DNA of 64,000 nt from NCBI GenBank assembly GCA_964016885.1, contig OZ024742.1, forward strand, positions 252,464,001 to 252,528,000. Reading direction: 5' to 3'. The first letter of the stretch is position 1; every line of letters begins with the position of its first letter. This DNA is from Eledone cirrhosa (Eukaryota). This document shows positions 51,434-64,000 of the stretch, piece after piece. Under the pieces are notes generated by a model, which was not told where the DNA came from, made no database searches, and was given only the letters and a program-made list of their open reading frames with translations. The position numbers were made by a program, and so were the translations under genes.

Positions 51434-52089
51434 CTGTTAATTTTGTTGTTGGACTTCCGTTGGTTTTTTCCAATTATGAGGAGTGTTCCAATGGTTTGAA
51501 TAACAAAATAGTTTGATCATGAAATTAACATATAATTTACCATATAGATAACCAAATACTGGGGCTTGACTGACCACTTCCTTTTTGTGCTGGTTACTGT
51601 CAAAACTCCAGGTATACTCAGTCTCCAAACTGCTGAATCCCATCGTAAAATTGGAGAAACAGCAACCTGCCTGTGGAAGAATCCCCATGAGGGAGGTTAG
51701 ATGTTGTAGTAGATGATGCTAGCCATTTTTTGCAGCAATGCCTTCATCATTTTGTCTGCAGGGTACAGCTGACTGGGGTGTAGAGTCTGTTATGCCTTCT
51801 CCCCTTCCCTTTCTTTTGTTGCTTAATTTATTTTATCGCTTTCTTTTTCTTTCCTCCCTTCTCTTTCTCTCTCATTTCCTTATTACTATTTATACTGTAC
51901 AGTTTTTATCACACATTCTCTTTAGTTTAATAAATTGTTTAGAAAGTTCCTAGGGTATAAAAAAATAATTTACTATACATGTCCTCTGGTAACTCTCATA
52001 TCTGTGTGTTTGATGAACTTCAGTAAGTTTCTGACAACAAGAGTTCATGTTATTTGAAAAACAAAACAGCCTGAGAAGGAAGGTTTTCT

Positions 52090-52920
52090 GCAGTACATCA
52101 TAATGCATCTTCTTTTGTGCAAAGTCAGCTTTTATCCCAAGTGTTCTTGGGTCTTCCTCTTCCATAGTTTCCATCAATTTTGAGCACCCTGCACCTTTTT
52201 ATACAGCTGTCATCCTTCATATGCATCACATGTCCATACTACCACAATCTCCTCTCATGTTTACTTCATCTGATCCCTCTTATGCCCAGTTTCTCTCTCA
52301 GTTCACCGATGCTTCACTGTTCATGCATACTAATATTACACATATATTGGAGCATGCAAGGATCATTTCTTTCCAATCTACACAGGTCCTCTATAGAGTG
52401 CCCAGGTCTCACTTCCATGCAGCATGGCTATTCATACACAAGCATCATGCAGTCTGCCTTTCATTTTAAGGCAAAATCTTTTGTAGCTTGCAGCAGTAGC
52501 AGCTCCTTGAACTTTTTCAACCCATTTTCATGCAGGCTACTACTAATTTAGTCACCTAGATAAAAGAAGCTATCAACTACTTCTATGGAGCCCTCTGAGC
52601 ATTTGATAGAGCATGTATCCTGAGAGCTCTTGCTGCTTACTGCTCCCGTGTATCAACCACAAATGAAATCTATATCCTTTGTAAGTCTGCCTAAGATCCC
52701 ACTGCATCTCTTGTGTACCCATAGTTTTCATTTGGGACATAGGATTGAATTTCTATCCACTCTTTTCTTGGACACTGAGCAAGGCCACTTACCTGAAGGG
52801 ATCAGGGCCCTGTTTTCCTTTCTACTTACTAGGATATTAGCCTTTGCCAAGTTGACTTCAACACATTTTAATTCCAAGTTATGCTTCCAAATTTGGAATT
52901 TCTCCTCAAATTCTACCTAG
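52090..52920 (-). mobile_element. Older RTE LINE fragment including the PHD-type segment
   Basis: Minus-strand translation GKWPCSV...NSILCPK*KLWVHKRCSGI...DFICG is homologous to 32232-32375. Confidence 0.85.
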
Positions 52921-53762
52921 TTGTCAATGGTCAAGGCCAAAACTCTTGACCACAAGAGCACTCCATCCAACCTACACTTGACCAACGCAAATAGGTTGAC
53001 ATAAAACTAATATGATTTTTGAGGCTTCATCCAGCAGTGGATTGGAAATAGCTGGGTCGTGAAAAAAATTCACTTCAAAATATAATGTTTACTCTATCAA
53101 ACCTTATTAAATATATTGCTGATATGTTAAAAAGCACCCTGTCTCCACTGTAGGTGGTAGTGTTGGTGCCAAGAAAAAACAAAACAAAAAAAACAACCAA
53201 TCCACACTGTAAGAGCGAGTGTGGGTGGCATGATAAAATACTCCTAGTACATGCTGTATAGTGGTTGGAATTAGGAAAGGCATCCAGCCATAGAAACCAA
53301 GCCAAAAATGAAGCATACGAGCAAGAGATGGTCACCTGACCTATCTAGCCTTATAACATGACAGCCTGTCTAACCCATGCAAATATATAAAATAGACATT
53401 AAATGGTGATGGTGATGATGATGATGATGATGAGGATTATGTACTTTAAGCAGATAGTAAATCTTGCTTTTCAGTAGACTGTGCCTGAATCTCAATTGAG
53501 ATAAAGTTGTAATGTTTATCTACATTTTACTTTATTTCAATCATATAAATTTTCTACAATATTTTATCTCCTTTTTTTTTTAATATATGACATAGTGAAC
53601 AATAGCCTCATTAGACATTTGGGTCACAAAGAGAACTTATCTATGATTCACTATAACTATTGTTATATGTAACAATTTTGAAAAATTAGATTTCATTGAT
53701 GGAGTTGCTTCGAGTTCAGCTTCTGGAAGATTGCTCCAAATTGTGATTGCTGAACTGAATTT

Positions 53763-53882
53763 AGGAACCTCGTAGTCAAAGTGTAGGTCTTGGCATCAGG
53801 TATGGGGTAGGTATTTCTATATAAGAACCTTCTAGTCAATATGTAGGTCTTGGCATCTGGCATGAGGTAGGCAATTCTATAC
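53763..53882. repeat. Diverged 60-bp tandem duplication
   Basis: gaacct..tagtcaa..tgtaggtcttggcatc.gg.atg.ggtagg occurs twice. Confidence 0.85.
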
Positions 53883-55758
53883 CTGAAGATACAACACATT
53901 ATCTTTGATATTGCAGTGTCAAGATATCTCTGATGTCTGATGTGCTCTGAGCTGTGTCTTGTGTACATTTTGTAAAGCAGTGTAATTACAGCATATACAG
54001 GCACTTAGCTTAGTGGTAAGGGTATTTGCCTCACGATCATAAGGGTTATCAATTCAATTTCCAGAATCGAGTTGTGTCCTTGAGAAAGACACTTTATTTC
54101 ACATTGCTCCAGTCCACTCAGCTGGCAAAATTGAGTTGTACATGTAATTTGAAGAGAAAGCCTTGTTACATTCTGTCATGCTAAATCACCCTGAAAACTA
54201 CATGTGTCTGTGGAATGCTCAGCCACTTGCACATTAATTTCATGAGCAGGCTGTTCTGTTGATCATATCCACTAGAACCGATGGAGTGCCAGTTTTTTTA
54301 TAGTTGCAGCAACTTATTTTCTGTCATATAGATTGCTGATAACTGCATAGGTTCTATTACCAGTCTTTAAATTAGTCATGTTAGTTTAGGATATAATATA
54401 AAGCAGATGAAAATAGAAGGTATACTGCTTCTTACTTTTTACTTGTATTTTGTAGATTAGTGACTATTCTTGTATCCTGAAATTATCTAATATACACTCC
54501 CATAATTGTTAATTGTATTAACATGAACATAAACAAAGTGACTCCAAACCAATGCTATCCACAAACTGAAACAAATATTGTCTATATACCTAAACTCAAC
54601 CTGACCCACCAGATACATACCACACTAGACATAAAGACTAATCACATCCTTCATAACTATATCCAAAGCATAACAACACCCAAAACATTCGTTATTTTTT
54701 GTGTTTATAGCAATCAATCTTCCATTTCCTTTCAACATCCTTTTCTTCATGTTCATCCTGTCATGTAACCTATAACCTTGAGTGGCTTTAAAGTATTGCT
54801 GTGTGGTGACCTTTAGTACATAAAAAAAAGAAATATATACTAATTATTGGTATGGGGCAACATATGTCACCAGACCGCAGCTGTCAAATCAATGACTACC
54901 CTATTATGTAATTTGCATTGCATCCACACAGAATCAGAACAATCACCAATTAATAAACCAATTATATACCATCAACAAATATGAACCAAACAAACTATAT
55001 TATGCCTAATTGACCTGTTTAATATGTAGTAAAATATAAACTGGCACTCTCCTGTTTCTGCCAAGTGCTCCAGCTGATTCAATCAATGAAAATGCCTGTT
55101 TATGAAATTACCATGCAAGTGGCTGAGTATTCCACAGACATGCGTACCTTTAATGAAGTTCTTAGAGAGATTCAGCGTGACATAGAATGTGTCATGGCTG
55201 GCCCTTCAAATTACAAGTTTTTGCTAGCTGAATGGACAGGAGCAATGTGAAATAAAGTGTCTTTCTTAAGGACACAATGCACCATCAGGAATCAAACTCA
55301 CAATCTTAAATTCATGAGCCAAATACCCTAATCACTAAGCCACATACCCTCTTGCAGTAAAATATACCATTAACTTAACTACAGACATTCTCATTAAAAT
55401 AAACTCCTCTTCTTCTTCTTCTTCTTCTTTGCCCACTTATTCCTGAGAGGGTCGTGGGGGCAGAGTCCTCATACATTCCCTCCAGTGGGTCCTGTCAGAA
55501 CCAACCGTCTCCAACTGATCTGGCTGGATCCCCAAGCAAGACTAGCCAAGATCATGGATGTTATCCAAACATCTTGCCTGGGGTCTACCCCTGGGTCTCC
55601 TATTTAGCTTAATGATAAAATTCAGAACTGACTAAATTAAAATTTTGCAATTATCAAGTAACTTAATCCAAACCATTATCGAAATCAACATCTCACTTCA
55701 TGAACAGATAAACCCCCCAAAAAACTAATAACAAACCACAACCTAACCAACACTTTAA

Positions 55759-55965
55759 CCCTTTAATGTTCAAACCCGGCCAGAATTCTCTACCCTTTTC
55801 TGTTGAAACTGGCTGTAACTGGTCACAGTATTGTTACGGTATTGTTCTCAAAATAAATACTTTCAAAATCTCATAGATTCGATATTATGTGAGATAATTA
55901 TGTGAGATAAAGCATTTACCATGAAAATATAATAGTATATATAGAGTAATGTGAATACTAAAGGG
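55759..55965. mobile_element. piggyBac-type MITE, family 1 (another decayed copy at ~56702-56881)
   Basis: TTAA-cccttta ... taaaggg-TTAA. Confidence 0.8.
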
Positions 55966-58900
55966 TTAAACCATATCCCAGCTTAACAATTAATTTAATT
56001 AGAAAACTCTGAAAAGACCAGGTTACTGGCTACACTAATAAGTAAAAATAAACCCAGAAACTTATACTAAACAATGCATAACCTCAACAACAATAGAATA
56101 GACTAAACAGGCACAATCTAAAAACATGAGTTTAAACTAAATGACATGTGATTATAGGAAAAAGTAACCAATATGAAATAATAAATATTTAATGATAAAA
56201 GCATAATATCAAAACGGTGATGATGATGATGATAATATAAAGACAACTTAACCAACTAACTAAATAAATAGATAAATAACTAACTAAATAATAAATAAAT
56301 AGATTAAATAACTTACCACCATCGCCACATGTACATATCTAACTAGCATGGATTTTTGTATGCCTCCCTAGACACAGCAAAGAAATTACTATATGTACTT
56401 ACCAGACTGTAGTGTCCACAAGCAGGAGTACTAATCTTACTCACTTCTGCTTCTGGCAATAGTTTGTCCCTTAAATTTCCCTACAGTTTTCTACCAAGTA
56501 AGCTGTCAAACCAAATACCCCCACCTCTGTGTGTCACATAAGTCATACAGTTGCCAGAAGTTATTGTAAGCAGATAACTAGTATGATTCTATAGAAAGTA
56601 AATTAATGAATGAATGATGTTTTAACACTCACAATAAATAAGATTAAATTTAAAAAATAAAATAAAATAAACAAAATAAATTAAATATTATTAAGCTTTA
56701 CCCCTTTAGCATTTACATTACTCTATATTTACTATTGTATTTTTACGGTAAACACTTTATTTCACATAATATCGAATCTATGAGATTTTGATATTATTTA
56801 TGAACAGCTGGCTATGGCCAATTTGAACAGAAAAAGATGCGAGAATTCTGGCCTAATACGGCCGGTTTAAATGGTAATGGGTTAAATAATATTAAAGCTT
56901 CAACCTCCAATGATCCCCACCTCCATTTCATCATTACAAAAGTCTTGTCAATCATTATAAATTTGTCAGCCAGAAAAATCTCTGAATTTTCTTAGAATCT
57001 CCCTTCACATCCCAAAGATCAAAGTGTTTAAACTACAATTTTCTATCACACTCTTACTTAACCATATGTTCCAACAACTGTTTAACTTCTTCCACAAAAC
57101 AAACCTTAGACCAACTATTATAAATGAATGGAATGTTTTTGCAAATTTAGATATTTTGTTCATTGTTGGAGCAATTAACAGCTACAGGCCTTTTTTAAAA
57201 AAAAAAAACATAAAACAAAAAAGAATAATCCAATTGAAAATTAAAGTTAATTTGATGGAAGTTATTTATAGTTCAAGGAAAGCCATTTGTCAATATAAGG
57301 GAAAAGACATGTACTAAGTAGTCTTATGTTGTTCTTCATTCCCAGAAAAATGTTTGTTGTATTCTCCGACCTTAACAACTAAAAGAAATTTTACAATTAT
57401 TCTCTTTTTCTCTTTTGTCTTGTTTGTTTGCTGCAAACAAACAAGCAACATCTGTATGTGTTGTTATGTTAGTGTATATGTGTGTGTTTATGTCTACCTG
57501 GTGTGGTGTGGTGTGTAATTGTTTGTAACTGTGTGAATGCATGTAGTTGGTCTGTGTGCATTTATGTGTGTGTATGCATGTAGCTGGTGTCTGTGAGTGT
57601 GTTGAGGTTTAGTTAGTATGTGTGTGTGTCTACCTGTTGTGGTGTGTGTAAATGTTTGTATGCATGTAGTTAGTGTCTGTGAGTCTGTATATGTTTAGCT
57701 AGTGTGTGTGTTTGTGTCTACCTGGTGTGGTGCATGTGTGTTGTGTGCATGTTGTGTGTTGTATGCATGTGTGTTGTCTGTGTGTGTGTGTGTGTGTGTT
57801 TGCTCACAGTTTATGTTAATGGAAATTAGTTATAGTAATTGTTTCTACTTTTGGCACAAGGTCAGCAATTTTCAGTGTATTACTGGTACTTTATTTTATC
57901 GACCCCGTAAGGATGAAAGGCAAAGTTAACCTCGGCGGGATTTGAACTCAGAATGGCAAGATTTGAACTCTGAATTACAAGTGCACCTCTATTTTTCCAG
58001 CAGAGGGAACTGGAGCAACACAAAATAAAATATCTTGCTCAAGTACTCAATACCCCACCAGGAATAAAATGCCTAACCTTACAATTGTGAGCCAAACATC
58101 TTAACCACTAAGCTTTGTACCTTTATATAAGTTGTATCTCATCAATGAGATACAAACCCATAACTTTTTAGCCAAGAGGCTGACACCTCTATTTAGCTAG
58201 TCCACCTCATCTATGAATCTGATTCTATATGCCCTCCTTTTTCAGACATTTCATTTATCCAGATGACCATGAACATTCTATAAATTAGGCAGCAAATTGG
58301 TAGAGACATTTGCAGTATTTGTTCCAGTTCTCTGCACTCTGAGTTGAGTTCAAATCCCACTGAGGTCGACTTTGCCTTTCCTCCTTCTTGGGTTGGTAAA
58401 AAAAAGTACCAGTCCATGAGCAGTGAATTGGTAAAATTGTTAAAGCATCAGACAAGATGCTTTGATGTATCTCTTTTAGCTCTTTGTACTTCAAATTCCA
58501 CACCTTGTCCAATCATCTGTATTTTGCCACTGAGGTTTTATCTTAATCCTGTAGTGAATTGAAAAACCTCTGGGCTAGAAAGACTATGTATCTATTTTCG
58601 TGTCAATCTACTATGTTCTATTTGTTAGATACTGACTTCAGTTTGCACATTATATTTCTAGTTTCAATAATTGGCAATTGACTAAAAAAAAAGCATTAAT
58701 GTTTTATTTTTCAACAGTTTTTGACAGAGAATTTCATTTAGGAAAGTTTTTGTATCACATTGAAATAACAAACCAAAAAGGCTGCTTAGTTCATTATATA
58801 TGTATTGGTTGCATGTAGCAACAGCTGCAGTTAAAAATTGTCTAAGATGCACAAGTTTTGATGAAAGGAATGAATTGAAAAAGTTGGTAAACTATTGAAA

Positions 58901-59265
58901 AAAATTTGGAAATATATTCTGTAAATAAAATATCAAGATGAAGATTGTAGATAGATTTTATACAAAATATGGAAAACATTTATTATATGTTAAATTAATT
59001 AAAGAAATATTGGATAATGGGTTATTTATTAATATTCAAAGAAAGAGAAATAGAAATCTTCCTGAATTAGAGGGATCAGATTATAATTAAAGTAAACACA
59101 TTATTTATGTAACTTTTAGTTTTAATAGTTATAGCATAAGATAATCCTTTCATTACCATATATCCAATGAAAGACCTGTCTATGTTTAACCCTTTCATTA
59201 ACATATATCAAATGAAAGACATTGACTATAATTTTCAAAATATTTTGAAAATAATCAAGAATTTG

Positions 59266-59852
59266 GAAGCAGGTGGAGAAGTTCGAGTATCTCAGGGCTG
59301 CTTTTATGAGTGACAGATGACAACAACTGCTGGAGCTGTTGCAGTAACGTGCCAGTTTCAGCATTCAGTCATCAGAAGAAGGGAGGTAGGTTTAAAAGCC
59401 AAACTTGTTATCCTTAAATCAGTGTTTGTGCCTTACCCTTACCTATGGTGATGAATCTTGGACAATGACCAAAAGAATACAATCACAAATACAAGCAACC
59501 AAAATGAGATTCCTCCAAAGGGTCTTTGGAGTAATGTTACTTGATAGAGTGCATAACTCAGAGATCAGGAAGTCATTCCAGTTAGAGCTGCTAATCCTCT
59601 GAATTGAGAGATCAAAGCTTCTGATACTACAGACATGTTTAGAATGTCTAAGGAAAGAACCAATGGGCAGATTTTATAGGCAAAGTCAACTGGCAGGAGG
59701 TGGTTGGATAACATCCATGAGCTTGGCCGGTATTACTTGGGGATCCAGCCAAATTATTTGGAGACAGTTGCTTCTGGTAGATCCCTCAGGAAGGTGCGCT
59801 TTAGGGACTCTGCCCACATGACCCTCCTGGGAGGGTCATGTGGGCAGAGTCC
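59266..59852 (+). mobile_element. RTE-like LINE fragment ending in a perfect palindrome
   Basis: KQVEKFEYL, LTYGDESWTM, IQATKMRFLQR. Confidence 0.85.
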
Positions 59853-60643
59853 ACAATTACACTTTGCCTATGATATTCAAATCATTCTAAAAATAATCAA
59901 TAATTAAGAGGGTTTAGTAATATAACTGACTTCTTCATTATTTGGCTGTTATATGGAATATAACTATGGTTTGGAACATAACTTGATAATGGTTCTTGTA
60001 AAATATCATGATAAGTTTTTAGATAAATATAAAGATTTTAACCTGTACATTACCATATTTTGATTGAAAGACCCTGTTTATGATTTTCAAATAAATTTCA
60101 AAATTATAAGGGATTGTAAGGAATTTACTATTATAACAAACTTTCTCAATATTAAGCTGGTATTTGGAACATAACTTAACAAATGTTCTTACATATAAAT
60201 ATGATAGGTTTTTATATAAATATAAAGATTTTAACAAGTTCATTATCATATTCCTAATAAATAGCACTGCCAATGGTTTGGAACATAACTTGATAAAAGT
60301 TGTTACATGAAATCAGGATGGAAGGTTTTTAGATAACTATAAACATTTTAGCTCTCTTGTTATGATATTTCTAATGAAAGACACTGCCTACGATTTTCGT
60401 ATCACTTTGAAAATCAAGAATTTAAATGGATTTAGTAATAAAACTAATTTTATCATTATAAAATTGGTGTTTGAAACATAATATAACAAAGTTTCTTACA
60501 TAAAATTATGATGGATGGTTTTACAGATAAATATGAACAGTTTAACCATCTTATCATATCTCTATTGAAAGCCACTACCTATGGCTTTGAACGTAACTTA
60601 AATCTTACATGGAATCACAATTGAAGGTTTTCTCCTACTGCTT

Positions 60644-61102
60644 CTGCTGGAATCTGCTAGATGGTGCTAGCCATCAGCTTTTCAATATTCATAGCTAAAG
60701 GACTTTCCAAATGTTTATTCATAAACATACCGTATATCATTAGATATACAAAATTCACATACTTATATGTATACAGTTATGCAGGAGTGAAAGCTTTAAT
60801 TCTACTTTTAGGCTGAGCTGGCTTAACAGCTCCATATGCAAATGAGGCTAATCAGCCCATGTATATAGGCGAGAAAAACTATACATTTTCGCCTGTTTCA
60901 AATTCCAGCAGAGAGCAGGGCAGAGGAAGCACTGTCCTGATGACAGCCTTAGCCAGAAACATGTTGGCAGTTATTCCCTGCTGGAATCTGCTAGACAGCT
61001 CTAGCTGTCAGTTTTTCAATATTCATAGCTAAAAAGCTTTCTAAATGTTTATTCGTAAACATACCATGTATCATTAGATATACAAAATTCACATACTTAT
61101 AT
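60644..61102 (+). mobile_element. Retrozyme-like or pseudo-LTR repeat: 125-bp direct repeats 334 bp apart with a hammerhead motif between them
   Basis: ctgctggaatctgctag...aattcacatacttatat at 60644-60768 and 60978-61102; a third copy at ~63785-63875. Confidence 0.7.
60902..60986 (+). ncRNA. Type I hammerhead ribozyme motif with degraded stem II
   Basis: actgtc-CTGATGA-cagccttagcca-GAAA-cat-GTT-ggcagt; palindromic ACATGT; distal stem attccagcag/ctgctggaat. Confidence 0.7.
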
Positions 61103-61859
61103 ATCTAATGAAAGACATATGGTTTGGGCCATAACAAGTATTCTTACATTATATCATGATGGAAGGATATTAAATAAATGTATACATTGTAACTCTTGTG
61201 TTACCATATTTCTCATAAAAGATACTGCCTAAAATTTTCAAATAATTTTGAAAATAATAAAAAGTTTATAGAGATTTAGTAATATAACTAAATTTCTCAT
61301 GAAATTGGTGTTTGGAAAATAGCTTAATGAAATTTCTGAGATGAAATCAAGATGGAATGTTTTTATATAAATATAAATACTATCACACTTTCTTTACCAT
61401 ATATCAGCAGCTGCATAGGATTTTCAAATCATTTTGAAAATAATCAAAAATTTAAAGGGATTTAGTAATGTAACTAACTTTCTCATTATTAAGCTCATGT
61501 TTGGAACATAACTAACAAAGGTTCTTATCTTAAATGATGATGGAAGGTTTCTCAATAAATATAAAAAGTTCTGTTTATATTTACCAAGAATCTGTTTGGG
61601 ACATATCTGAGCATGTTTGCGTGTATTGAAGTAAATATTTCTCAAGGTATTCAATGTTTTCTAAGCTGGATGAAATTTCCAATATCACAATTTTTCATAA
61701 GGTCTCTGCTGGAGTTACAAATATTTGTGAAGTTCTGCATAATTTAAATGTGACAAATGTTTCATCACATCTGCTTTAGAATGACCAACAGGAATCGTAA
61801 ATGCTACTTTTGGAGCAATGATGTCAATAACTGTTAAGAAATTTTAGATTTGGATGGAA

Positions 61860-62500
61860 TGAGGAAAAATGTTGAATTCCTGACAGCTATGTTTAGTTAA
61901 GAAGTTCAAGTACCTTGCTTCAATACTTGAGCAGGTGGCAGAGGGGAGTTGGGAAATAAGGGCAAACATAGCAGCAGCAAGAACAGTCCTGAGCACACTC
62001 AGCAGCCTTTGGAAGGATAGAGCTCTTACAAAGTCCACCAAAAAGAAAGTAATCAAAACATTAGTGTGGCCGGTAGCTCTATAGGATTGTGAGCCATGGA
62101 ATTAAAGGCATCTGGCTTGAAACAACTGAGTGAATTTGAAATGTCATGCAATAGGCATGCAATCAGAATTAGCTGGATAGCTCACAGAACAGATGAATCT
62201 GTGCTGGAAGAGATTGGTGCCAATTGACAGTTGGTTGAAACAGTAAGGTAAAGGAAACTTCAGTAATTTGGTCATGTCATCAGGGCCCATAATTTGATTA
62301 CCAACATCCTTAAGGGACGAATACAGGGGAAAGGGCCAGGGGATGGCAGAAAAGGAGACGGAGAGATGATATTAAGGAATGGACAGGAAGGAGTTTGGCA
62401 GAATGTACAACTATGGCAAGAGACAGGAAAAGATGGAGAGTGCCTCTTCATAAGTCCATGACACCCGACCCTCAGATATGAGGATTGGATGAGAAGGAAG
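61860..62500 (+). mobile_element. RTE (BovB-like) LINE 3' fragment, third family
   Basis: VKKFKYL...EIRANIAAA...LWKDRAL...KTLVWPVAL*DCEPW...FGHVIR. Confidence 0.8.
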
Positions 62501-63648
62501 GACATTTAATAGTAAAATTCAGACTTTTTAACATTGGAATACCTTAAAGTAATTTATTTTAATAAATGTAGAATATATTAGGGACATATCTGAACATAGA
62601 TAGAGTACATACAGATATAAAAAGGGAACTCATACATATATAAAAAGCATATACAAATATAGAGTATATATACAGATATAAAAAGTATATACAGATGTAG
62701 AGAACACATACAAATATAAACAGTATATACATATATATAGAGAGAGTGTATATAAATATAGAGAACAGATAGAGATGTAATGAGTGTATACAGATATAAA
62801 GAGAGTATATATAGTTGCAAAGAAATATGACAAGGCTAAATTTCAAATTCTAAGAGCTGTGCTTAGAAGTAAAACAATTTTTTTTACATTGAAATAATCT
62901 TTTATAACATATGAAGATTCTATTAGGCACATCTTTGAGTATGTTAGGATGTAATAATGTATCATGATGATGATGATCATCATCATCACTGTTTAACGTC
63001 CATTTTTCCATGTTAGCATGGGATAGCTGAGTTGTTCCATTGTGAAACAAGCCAGATCAGATGACCATGTCTTGCTCATACAAACTGATTGTAGCTTAGT
63101 TTCTGTGGCTGGATGCCCTTCCTAATGCCAACAATATTTACAGTGTGTACTGAATGCTTTTTATCATGGCACCAAAATGATCACTTTACCGTGTGACCTG
63201 GGCGCATTTTGTTGTGGCACCTACACGGCCACTCTACAGTGTGGACTGGGTGCTTTTTGTCATGTCACCAATACAACCACTTTACAGTGTGGACTGAGGG
63301 CTGGGGTAGGGGAGGTGCATGGGGATTGGAGAGGCAGATCTAGGGTGGGGCACTTATCTGGTGAAGGATGGGGTGTGGGTGGAGTGTTATGATGTGGGAG
63401 GTGTATCGTAAGGGAAGGGGAAGGTAGGTGAAAGTGGTGCATACTAGATGTATTCTTCAACCCATGCACATGCGAAGGCAGGTCTTCTGTTATACTGCTT
63501 AACACCAGTGATCTCAATCCTGTGTCATCGCCTTTGCGAGGTGCAATTGTGTAAGATCAGCTTGTATCACCTCATCCCAAGTCTTCCTAGATCTTCCTAC
63601 TACATAGCTTCTATTTTTTATACAGCAGTCATCCTTCACACACATTAC

Positions 63649-63750
63649 TGTTTCATTTTGCATTTAGTTTAGCATTCTCAATAGCTTGTGGGATAATTTC
63701 AACACCAAACAGTCATTTAGAATAAAATTTCATCACAATACCAACTGAAC
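63649..63750 (-). pseudogene. TRMT2/RlmD-like tRNA m5U methyltransferase exon with two in-frame TGA stops
   Basis: ttccAG|(G)SVGIVMKFYSK*LFGVEIIPQAIENAKLNAK*N|GTAATG matches the family pattern GTIG...GVE...AVEDA..NA..N. Confidence 0.65.
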
Positions 63751-64000
63751 CTGGAATGACACGCCAAGTTGTCCTCTGCTACTTCTGCTGTAATTCGCTA
63801 GATGGTGCTAGCCATCAGCTTTCTAAATATTTATTCGAAAACATACCATATATCATTAAATACACAAAATTCACATGCAAACACACACACATATATATAT
63901 ACATATGTACACACACACACATATATATATATATACATAGTAGGAAGCATATAGGCAGGATTGTTCGAATGTCAGCTAGAATGCCTGCAGTATTTGCTCC

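Larger units (their letters stand above)
59190..61585 (+). repeat. Degenerate tandem array derived from the family 2 MITE body, interrupted by an RTE fragment and a hammerhead-containing repeat
   Basis: Starts TTAA-ccctttc. Landmarks tttggaacataact, gatggaaggttttt and gattttcaaat..ttttgaaaat recur, matching the reverse complement of 37780-37962. Confidence 0.75.

Overview
AT-rich, repeat-saturated eukaryotic DNA. The microsatellite load and the SINE/LINE repertoire suggest a coleoid cephalopod such as octopus; this is an inference, not a database result. Most long ORFs in the track are translated microsatellites. Mobile elements recognised: a dead Penelope-like element (RT + GIY-YIG), several RTE-clade LINE copies (one with a still-open RT that carries an embedded PHD-type finger), an R4/Dong-like RLE LINE, Tc1/mariner and hAT fossils, two non-autonomous Helitron-like elements, TTAA-flanked piggyBac-type MITEs and many tRNA-derived SINEs. 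Host-gene signals are sparse: a chain of phase-compatible minus-strand exons (13-5589, possibly starting at 17640) encoding a protein I cannot identify, and a TRMT2-like exon with two stop codons near the right end. The most interesting layer is RNA structure. There are four type I hammerhead ribozyme motifs plus one truncated remnant, one of them in a 334-bp retrozyme-like direct repeat. There is also a candidate pseudoknot at the 5' end of an RTE-UTR-like element, a tRNA-like sequence enclosed by 100-bp inverted repeats, and numerous long foldbacks. All coordinates were read by eye, and the ends of decayed repeats are approximate.
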